This document shows positions 34,710-42,047 of a stretch of 50,672 nucleotides of DNA, piece by piece (within the stretch, counting starts at the first letter, position 1; each line of letters begins with the position of its first letter). The DNA is taken from positions 1 through 50,672 of IMG/VR virus record IMGVR_UViG_3300044516_000053; one strand, given 5' to 3'. The translations under genes and the position numbers were made by a program. The notes beneath the pieces were generated by a model. That model searched no databases. It was not told the DNA's origin and saw only the letters and a list, made by a program, of their open reading frames with translations. Origin of the DNA: a virus (Duplodnaviria > Caudoviricetes).

Positions 34710-35165
34710 ATGATCGACCCAATCACTGCGTTTGCCACTGCGCAAGCTGCGGTGGCGGGCATCCAGAAAGCGCTCAAGCTGGGGAAGGACATTACCGGCT
34801 GCATCAAGGAGTTCTCGGCGCTTTTTGAGTCTGCCGACGTTATCAACAAGGCAGCGAACGATGCCAACGCTGGAAAGTCAGACGCGGCGCAGGCGATGGA
34901 GATCGTCATGCAGCAAAACAAGCTGCGTGAGGACATGGAGCATTTAAAGCACCAGTTGGTGTACGGAGGTTACCCAGAGTTGTGGACCCTCTTCCTCCAG
35001 AAGCACATGGAGATTCAAAGGGCTAGGAAGAAGAGAGAAGCAGAGGAGAAGGCGGCAAAACTAAAACGTAGGCAAGAGCAGGCGATGTTTGTCCTGTACA
35101 CCTGCATCACCGTTGGGTTTGTTGCTTTCCTCATCGGCTTCGTTTACATCATCATGCAGGTATGA
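34710..35165 (+). CDS. Lysis-cassette membrane protein (MIDPITAFA..., C-terminal TM)
   Basis: ATG 34710; coiled coil followed by TM helix AMFVLYTCITVGFVAFLIGFVYIIM. Confidence 0.65.
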   Translation: MIDPITAFATAQAAVAGIQKALKLGKDITGCIKEFSALFESADVINKAANDANAGKSDAAQAMEIVMQQNKLREDMEHLKHQLVYGGYPELWTLFLQKHMEIQRARKKREAEEKAAKLKRRQEQAMFVLYTCITVGFVAFLIGFVYIIMQV

Positions 35166-35779
35166 GCGACGAGAAGATCAACCACAACAGCCTGATCGAC
35201 AAGGTCCTCGGGTATGTGGACTCTCCGTTTAAATTGTTTGCCATCGTGCTGATGGCTGTCTTCGCGTTCGTGGGGTACTTTGTCTGGCAGAACCAAGAGT
35301 TTTTGATCGGGGCCTACAAGGAACAAAGAAAGCTGCCCACGATTGCCGAAGACAGGGTGGAGGATGTGGCGGCGCATCTGTTCAAAAACACTGACGCTGC
35401 GGTGGTCGCCATCTTCAAGGTCAACCCCATGTTTGGCACTCGCGTGCTGCATAGGGCGTACACCAAGGACGGCAGGGACAAGACCCACGAAGGGTTGGAT
35501 GTCGGCCTCTTTACTGCCAACGCAGCAAACAACAGAGATGTCGTGGCGCTGATGGCAAGTGAGATTCCCTGCGGCGCGTACAAAACCGCGCAGTCTGAGA
35601 TCGGGTTGTGGTATATCGAAAAGGGCGTTACTTACGGGTGCCGCATCAGTGTCCCACCCGAGCAGGGTAAATTTATCGGGCAGATTACGGTAGGCTGGAA
35701 AGAAGAGCCCCCGGATGTTGACCAATACCGCGTCCTTCTGCAAATCGCAGCAACCATGCTTTCAAGGAGCAAACAGTAA
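35162..35779 (+). CDS. Putative T4 gpT-like holin (single TM plus GAF-like periplasmic domain)
   Basis: N-terminal TM. C-terminus C....P..GKFIGQITVGW...LQIAATMLSRSK resembles the T4 T C-terminus as I recall it (AGTITMYW...AARILGRAK). Confidence 0.5.
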   Translation: MSDEKINHNSLIDKVLGYVDSPFKLFAIVLMAVFAFVGYFVWQNQEFLIGAYKEQRKLPTIAEDRVEDVAAHLFKNTDAAVVAIFKVNPMFGTRVLHRAYTKDGRDKTHEGLDVGLFTANAANNRDVVALMASEIPCGAYKTAQSEIGLWYIEKGVTYGCRISVPPEQGKFIGQITVGWKEEPPDVDQYRVLLQIAATMLSRSKQ

Positions 35780-36276
35780 TGGAATGGCTTAAACAGATCG
35801 CCCCCACTATCGCCACAGCGATGGGTGGCCCCTTGGCCGGTATGGCCGTCTCTGCAATCTCCAAGGCCATCGGTGTCGAGCCGGAGAAGGTCGGAGACAT
35901 GATCTCCAACAACAAACTCACTGCCGAGCAGATCGCGCAGGTCAAGATTGCCGAGATTGAACTGCAAAAGCAGGCCAACGAACTGGGCCTGAACTTTGAA
36001 AAGCTGTCAGTAGAAGACCGCAAATCCGCTCGTGAGATGCAGGCCACGACCCGGTCTATCGTGCCCCCGGCACTGGCTGCGATTGTCACCGTCGGCTTCT
36101 TCGGCATCATGGTCATGATGCTGCTGGGCAAAGTGGACTCCAACAACCCCGCTATCCTGATGATGCTGGGCTCCCTCGGCACCGCATGGACTGGCATCAT
36201 CGCCTATTATTTTGGCTCCAGCGCAGGCTCGCAAGCCAAGACCGATCTTCTCTCTAAGGCACCAGCAATCAAATGA
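35779..36276 (+). CDS. Holin-like membrane protein (GTA 3TM-holin type)
   Basis: APTIATAMGGPLAG, EDRKSAREMQ, two C-terminal TMs, YYFGSS. Overlaps the endolysin start. Confidence 0.7.
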   Translation: MEWLKQIAPTIATAMGGPLAGMAVSAISKAIGVEPEKVGDMISNNKLTAEQIAQVKIAEIELQKQANELGLNFEKLSVEDRKSAREMQATTRSIVPPALAAIVTVGFFGIMVMMLLGKVDSNNPAILMMLGSLGTAWTGIIAYYFGSSAGSQAKTDLLSKAPAIK

Positions 36277-36794
36277 AAGAAAACTTCGACTCCGCTCTTG
36301 AGGCTATCCTCCACCACGAGGGTGGTTATGTAAATCACCCGGCTGACCCCGGCGGCATGACCAATCTGGGCGTCACCAAGCGCGTCTGGGAAGAGTGGGT
36401 CGGCCACGAGGTGGACGAGAAAACCATGCGGGCGCTGACCCCTGAGATTGTTGGCCCCATGTACAAGGCCAAGTACTGGGACAAGATCAAGGGCGACGAT
36501 CTCCCTGCCGGGGTGGACTACATCGTGTTTGATGCTGCTATTAACTCTGGCCCGGGTCGGGCGGCTAAGTGGCTACAGCAAACCGTGGGTGCGACTCCAG
36601 ACGGGGCTATTGGCCCCGGCACGCTGGGCAAGGTGGCGGCTATGCCTGCGGACGATATTGTGGAAAAATACCAGCAAACCCGCTTGGAGTTTCTGCGGTC
36701 CCTGTCAACTTGGAACACCTTTGGTAAGGGGTGGGGTCGCCGGGTCCAAGAGGTCCAAGTCACTGCCGCCAAGATGACCGAGTCTGAGGCGTAA
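36273..36794 (+). CDS. Endolysin, glycoside hydrolase family 108 plus PG-binding domain
   Basis: HEGGYVNHPADPGGMTNLGVT, FDAAINSGPGRA, DGAIGPGT, FGKGWGRR. Confidence 0.92.
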   Translation: MKENFDSALEAILHHEGGYVNHPADPGGMTNLGVTKRVWEEWVGHEVDEKTMRALTPEIVGPMYKAKYWDKIKGDDLPAGVDYIVFDAAINSGPGRAAKWLQQTVGATPDGAIGPGTLGKVAAMPADDIVEKYQQTRLEFLRSLSTWNTFGKGWGRRVQEVQVTAAKMTESEA

Positions 36795-36804
36795 GGACGC
36801 ACCC

Positions 36805-39150
36805 ATGCCGCTCCAAAAAATTCTTCTCAAGCCCGGTGTAAACCAAGAGAACACCCGTTACACAAACGAGGGTGGTTGGTACTCGTGCGACAAGGTACGG
36901 TTCCGTCAAGGCACCCCGGAGAAGATTGGCGGCTGGGAACAAATTTCCGCGTATACCTTTCAAGGCGTTTGCCGGTCGCTCTGGACATGGGGAACTGTCA
37001 CTGCGCCGTCGGTTGTTACTGGCGTGGGTACCAACCTCAAGTTCTACATCGAACAGGGCGGAGGCTACGACGACATCACGCCTATGCGTGCCAACTCTGG
37101 GGCGCTCAGCAATCCGTTTGTCGCCACCACAGGCTCGACGACCATCACCGTCACAGACAACGCACACGGCTGCACCACGGGCGACTTCGTCACGTTTTCC
37201 GGCGCTCGGGCGCTTAGCTACCAGACGTTCACTCGCTCGACGGCTACCGACTTCATTCTGACCACGGCGTTGGCTGCCAACACTCCGGTGATTCTGTCGG
37301 TCTCTGTTGGGGGCGCTTTGCCGACTGGCTTGACCGCCGGTGTGGTCTATTACATCCGTGTGGTGGCAGGCACCACAGTGCAGTTTGCCAACGTAGCTGA
37401 TGGCGCGGCTATTACGACTACTACCGCTGGCTCTGGCACCTTTGAGTTGGAGGTCAATCAAGGTATCACCGTAGAGGTCCTGAACCAGAACTTCCAAGTC
37501 ACCGTCACCAACGCCAACATCTACACCATCACTTCTCCGGTCGCAGCCACGGCGTACGATACGGGCGGCGGTGGGACCGGGGTCTACGCTGTTTATGAAA
37601 TCCCGGTAGGTAACGCAAACGTGACGCCCTTTACCGGCTGGGGCGCTGGGTCGTGGGGCTCGGGTACGTGGGGGTTTGGTGTTACGTCCACGACGGGCAT
37701 TCGTCTCTGGTATCAAAACAACTTTGGCGAAGACCTGATCTACGGCTACCGTGGCGGGGTGCTCTACTACTGGAACGCCAAGCTGGGCACATCCGCACTG
37801 ACTTTCACGGTGACTATTGCTTCGCCGGGGGTGGTCACGTATTTGGGTTCAGGGCTTGTAGACAATACCGCTGTCATTCTCCAGACCACGGGGGCGCTCC
37901 CCACCGGGCTCATTGCGGGCGCTATCTACTACGTGGTCAACTCCACGGGCATCACGTTCAACCTCGCGGCAACTCCGGGCGGCACCGCAATTATCACTAC
38001 CGGCACGCAGTCGGGCACGCACACGATTTCGCCGAGAGGCATCCCGGTTTCCAGTCTGGCTGGTGCCTTGCAGGTGCCGACAGTCGTGAACAACATGGTC
38101 GTGTCTGATGTCAGCCGGTTTGTGATTTGCCTCGGCTGTAACCCTATCGGTGAGACTCAGCTTGATCCGATGTTTATCCGCTGGTCCGCTCAAGAATCAG
38201 TGGTGGATTGGGAGCCTTCGGCCACTAACCAAGCGGGCGGTGTGCGCCTGTCGCACGGCTCTGAGATTCGTAGTTTCGTCCAGACCCGTCAGGAAATTGT
38301 GGTGTTCACGGACGCCTCCGTCTACTCGCTGCAATACCTTGGCCCTCCGTTTGTCTGGGGCGTTCAGCTTCTGGGCGATGCCATTTCGATTGCTGGCGTC
38401 AACACCGCTGTATCCGCATCCGGGGTTGTGTACTGGATGGGCGTGGACAAGTTCTACCGTTACGACGGGCGAATCCAAACGCTGTCTTGCGACCTGCGCC
38501 AACACGTCTTTGGCAACATCAACCTAAACCAGCAGGATCAGTTCTTTGTCGGAACCAACGAAGGGTTTAACGAGGTCTGGTGGTTCTATTGCTCCGCCGA
38601 CGCTACCGAAATTGACAGCTACGTGGTCTACAACTATTTGGAGAACATCTGGTACTACGGCACCATGGCGCGGACAGCTTGGATCGACTCTGGGCTGAAC
38701 GAGTATCCGATGGCTGCGACCTACGAAGACAACCTTGTGTTCCACGAACTTGGTGTGGACGACAACATCACCGGCACCCCCGCAGCTATATCCTCGTACA
38801 TCACATCTGCTGAATTCGACATTGGTGACGGGCACAACTTTGGCTACGTCTGGCGCTTGCTGCCTGACATGACGTTCCGGGGGTCTTCGGCGGCTAACCC
38901 GCAGGTGACCATGACGCTGCTGCCATTGCAGAACTCTGGCTCTGGGTACAACGCCCCGCCTTCTGTTGGCGGAACGGACAACGCTTCAGTGGTTCGGTCT
39001 GCGGTGGTCCCGGTTGAGAAGTACACCGGGCAGGTTCTGATTCGGGTGCGCGGACGGCAGATGTCGATCAAGGTCGAAGGCAATCAGCTTGGGCTCCAGT
39101 GGCAGGTCGGTGCGCCGCGTATCGACATCAAACCTGACGGACGTAGGTAA
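36805..39150 (+). CDS. Tail nozzle/tubular-B-like (P22 gp10-type) protein with inserted beta domains
   Basis: KPGVN..W...DKVRFRQG.PEKIGGW, IRWSAQE, YWMG, EVWWFY, RVRGRQ, DIKPDGRR. Beta-propeller-like size. Confidence 0.75.
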   Translation: MPLQKILLKPGVNQENTRYTNEGGWYSCDKVRFRQGTPEKIGGWEQISAYTFQGVCRSLWTWGTVTAPSVVTGVGTNLKFYIEQGGGYDDITPMRANSGALSNPFVATTGSTTITVTDNAHGCTTGDFVTFSGARALSYQTFTRSTATDFILTTALAANTPVILSVSVGGALPTGLTAGVVYYIRVVAGTTVQFANVADGAAITTTTAGSGTFELEVNQGITVEVLNQNFQVTVTNANIYTITSPVAATAYDTGGGGTGVYAVYEIPVGNANVTPFTGWGAGSWGSGTWGFGVTSTTGIRLWYQNNFGEDLIYGYRGGVLYYWNAKLGTSALTFTVTIASPGVVTYLGSGLVDNTAVILQTTGALPTGLIAGAIYYVVNSTGITFNLAATPGGTAIITTGTQSGTHTISPRGIPVSSLAGALQVPTVVNNMVVSDVSRFVICLGCNPIGETQLDPMFIRWSAQESVVDWEPSATNQAGGVRLSHGSEIRSFVQTRQEIVVFTDASVYSLQYLGPPFVWGVQLLGDAISIAGVNTAVSASGVVYWMGVDKFYRYDGRIQTLSCDLRQHVFGNINLNQQDQFFVGTNEGFNEVWWFYCSADATEIDSYVVYNYLENIWYYGTMARTAWIDSGLNEYPMAATYEDNLVFHELGVDDNITGTPAAISSYITSAEFDIGDGHNFGYVWRLLPDMTFRGSSAANPQVTMTLLPLQNSGSGYNAPPSVGGTDNASVVRSAVVPVEKYTGQVLIRVRGRQMSIKVEGNQLGLQWQVGAPRIDIKPDGRR

Positions 39151-39158
39151 AAACCCTT

Positions 39159-39794
39159 ATGACTTTGATCGTTACCTCTGACAAAGCGCTGCAACGGGTA
39201 GCACCGCACAACTTACCCAATGCCCCGGTGGAGTATGCGCAGCAGTATCACGATCAGTTTTCTAACGTCTTGCGCCTTTACTTCAACCGACTCAATACCA
39301 TTATTGGGCAGTTGAACACCTTATCCGTTCCGTATGGAGCGTTTTCCAGCGATCAAGATCAGACCGCCACGGCAAACACAGCCACGCTGATGACGCTCAA
39401 CACCACGGATTTTGCTAATGGTGTAAGTATTGCAACCTCTAAAATCACGGTAACTAATGCAGGTATTTATAACCTACAGTTTAGTACGCAGTTTGCAAAC
39501 ACAAATAGTAACGTCCAAGATGTATACATTTGGTTAAAGCAAAGCGGGGTAGACATACCGGGTTCGACTGGCTTTGTATCTATTCCGGGTAGCCACGGAG
39601 GTACGGATGGACATTCAATTGTTGGTTGGAATTATTTTCTAAGCATGACGGCGGGCCAGTACATAGAAATCTACTGGTCTGTTCCCAACACCGCTGTGTC
39701 CATTCAACACCTCGCCGCTTCCGGCACGCCAACCAAGCCAGCTACGCAATCTGTGGTGGCGACAATGACATTTGTCTCTGCGCTCCCCCCATGA
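39159..39794 (+). CDS. Tail-associated protein with C-terminal C1q/BclA-like beta domain
   Basis: PNAPVEY...NVLRLYFNRL helix; YGAFS...AGIYNLQFSTQF...YIEIYW. Confidence 0.6.
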   Translation: MTLIVTSDKALQRVAPHNLPNAPVEYAQQYHDQFSNVLRLYFNRLNTIIGQLNTLSVPYGAFSSDQDQTATANTATLMTLNTTDFANGVSIATSKITVTNAGIYNLQFSTQFANTNSNVQDVYIWLKQSGVDIPGSTGFVSIPGSHGGTDGHSIVGWNYFLSMTAGQYIEIYWSVPNTAVSIQHLAASGTPTKPATQSVVATMTFVSALPP

Positions 39795-39800
39795 TACTAT
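39772..39800 (+). promoter_or_regulatory. Candidate promoter for the ejection-protein module
   Basis: TTGTCT-N17-TACTAT with extended -10 TG. Confidence 0.4.
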
Positions 39801-39828
39801 CCACTAACCCTTCTTCCGTGAGGCCCCA

Positions 39829-41622
39829 ATGAGCCTGCAACTCGCCGCACAACACATGGCTTCCCGTGGTCGGGGGCCGGATACGATGCTTGTCCACATG
39901 GCCCCAAGCGAGGTGAACGCCCTCCAAACGGTGGCTAAAGCGCATGGTGGATCACTGACCCTTAACCCCGATACCGGCCTGCCTGAAGCAGGCTTTCTGT
40001 CGTCCATCCTGCCAATGATTGCAGGTGTGGGGCTGACTGCGCTATCTGGTGGCACCCTAACTCCTGTGATGGCTGGCTTGCTGACCGGCGGCGGCACCGC
40101 CTTGGCTACTGGCAACCTCCAGAAGGGTCTGATGGCGGGTCTGGGAGCATACGGCGGCGCAGGTATTGGTAGTTCTCTGGCTACCGCAGGCGGTAACGCT
40201 CTTACCCAAGAGGCTCTTTTGAAAGCCAACCCGGGCATGAATGCGATAGATATTGCCCAGAACGGCGCTGGATTTACATTGCCTGAGATGTCCATGACGG
40301 ACAAGATGATGGCTGGCGTAAAGGGTCTCGGTTCTGAAGCTGGCCGCGACATGTTCATGCAAAGCATTGGCGGGGCCAAGGGGCTGTTTAAATCAGGCGC
40401 TTCCGCAGCCCTGCCTGTGATAATGGCGGGGTCTGGAGAGACTGCTTCTCCTCCGCCGGGAAGCGGTAAAAACCCGTACGAATACGATTTCACCCCGGGC
40501 TACACAGGCCCTGTCAGAACTCCGGGCGGAGGGATTCGGTTCTTTGATCCTCGTTTCGTTCTCCGCAGGGCAGAGGGTGGAGAAACTTATGCCGATGGCG
40601 GAAATACCGGCATGACGGGGGAGTCGGATGAGTACTACCGCTACCTGATGGGTCTTGCCCCCATGCCTACGGCCTATGTGGCACCTGTCGCTGCTCCCGC
40701 TGCGACTCAAGCTGATACTGCCCCGCTGACTGTCACCAACCCGATGGCTGCACGCCGTGATGTCAATTACTCTGACCCCGGAAGCATGGCGTTTGATGAT
40801 CCGAACAACCCGCAGAATCCTAACAGTTGGGGCAACTTGACCCCGATGCAGCAAGCGGCCTTTTATGCGGGAAACCCGGGGTATGCTAAAGCTACACAGC
40901 TTATGCAGGCGGGCTTTGCTCTGACTCCCATGGGGAGATTGCAAGCCGCAATGGTCCCTAACTTTGTCCTTCAACAAGGACTTATTGCAAAAGGTCTTGA
41001 CCCGGCAACCGGACTACCTCCCGGGCTTAACTTAAACACAGTGCCAGTTTCTATTCAAGAAGGCATGATGTCTGGTCTTGAGGGCATCGGGCCTAACTTG
41101 GTTGATGTGCCCGCCTCTGTTCAAGAGGGTATGTTGTCTGGTCTTGATGGCCCAACAGATGCCGCAGGTCAGCCCGGCGTGGATATTGGTGCTATAGGCC
41201 CTTCAATTGGCGACGCTGTTGCTGGCATTAGTAATGCTGATGTTAGCGCCGCTGCTGACGCTGCCGCCGCCGCCGAAGGCGACGGCCTAGCTCGTGGCGG
41301 GCTCTCCTCCCTCGCAGCTTTTGCTCGTGGCGGATACAACCTTGGCGACTACTCCGATGGCGGCAGGCTCCTGCGCGGCCCCGGCGATGGTGTGAGCGAC
41401 TCCATCCCTGCGTCTATTGGCAACAAGCGTCCTGCCCGGCTGGCTGATGGTGAGTTTGTTGTCCCGGCTCGGATCGTGTCTGAGTTGGGTAACGGCTCCA
41501 CAGAAGCTGGCGCTCGTAAGCTCTACGCCATGATGGACCGTGTCCAGAAAACCCGAGGCAAGACTACTGGAAAAGGCAGGGTGGCGGTTAACAGCCGCTC
41601 GGATAGATATCTGCCTGCATGA
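39829..41622 (+). CDS. Putative internal virion/ejection protein with multiple xAxGG motifs
   Basis: N-terminal GRGPDTMLVHM...NPDTGLPEA, Gly/Ala hydrophobic helices, C-terminal GPGDGVSDSIPA...LADGEFVVPA. Confidence 0.7.
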   Translation: MSLQLAAQHMASRGRGPDTMLVHMAPSEVNALQTVAKAHGGSLTLNPDTGLPEAGFLSSILPMIAGVGLTALSGGTLTPVMAGLLTGGGTALATGNLQKGLMAGLGAYGGAGIGSSLATAGGNALTQEALLKANPGMNAIDIAQNGAGFTLPEMSMTDKMMAGVKGLGSEAGRDMFMQSIGGAKGLFKSGASAALPVIMAGSGETASPPPGSGKNPYEYDFTPGYTGPVRTPGGGIRFFDPRFVLRRAEGGETYADGGNTGMTGESDEYYRYLMGLAPMPTAYVAPVAAPAATQADTAPLTVTNPMAARRDVNYSDPGSMAFDDPNNPQNPNSWGNLTPMQQAAFYAGNPGYAKATQLMQAGFALTPMGRLQAAMVPNFVLQQGLIAKGLDPATGLPPGLNLNTVPVSIQEGMMSGLEGIGPNLVDVPASVQEGMLSGLDGPTDAAGQPGVDIGAIGPSIGDAVAGISNADVSAAADAAAAAEGDGLARGGLSSLAAFARGGYNLGDYSDGGRLLRGPGDGVSDSIPASIGNKRPARLADGEFVVPARIVSELGNGSTEAGARKLYAMMDRVQKTRGKTTGKGRVAVNSRSDRYLPA

Positions 41623-42047
41623 AGATAGACATTGTTCCCGTAAGCCAACTGCTCAGCGTCCTTCCGACGCTGATGCCTTATCTGGAGGAGTCTGCCAGAT
41701 GGTCGCGGGGACGGGCTATCACAGGGGACATTTTTCGCTTTCTGCTCAACGGGCAGATGCTGCTGCTAGTCGTACACGATAAAGGTACGGTATACGGGCA
41801 TGTGATTTGTGAGGTCAAGTCCTACCCCCAGTGCAAGATGCTGACTGTTCAGTACTGCTCCGGGGAACCAAATCACATGCAATTTATTGAGGACGAGATG
41901 TACGCTCTGTTGGACAATCTAGCCAAGGAAGCGGGCGCTGCGGGCATAGAGTTCGTTGGCCGTCCCGGCTGGAAGAAGTCTGCGGAGAGCCATGGCTACG
42001 AAGTGCAGAGCGTCACATACCAGAAGTTTTTTGAGGTGTCTAAATGA
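41619..42047 (+). CDS. GNAT-fold-like virion assembly protein (P22 gp14/T7 gp13 position)
   Basis: AKEAGAAGIEFVGRPGW motif; lies before the ejection proteins. Confidence 0.55.
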   Translation: MKIDIVPVSQLLSVLPTLMPYLEESARWSRGRAITGDIFRFLLNGQMLLLVVHDKGTVYGHVICEVKSYPQCKMLTVQYCSGEPNHMQFIEDEMYALLDNLAKEAGAAGIEFVGRPGWKKSAESHGYEVQSVTYQKFFEVSK

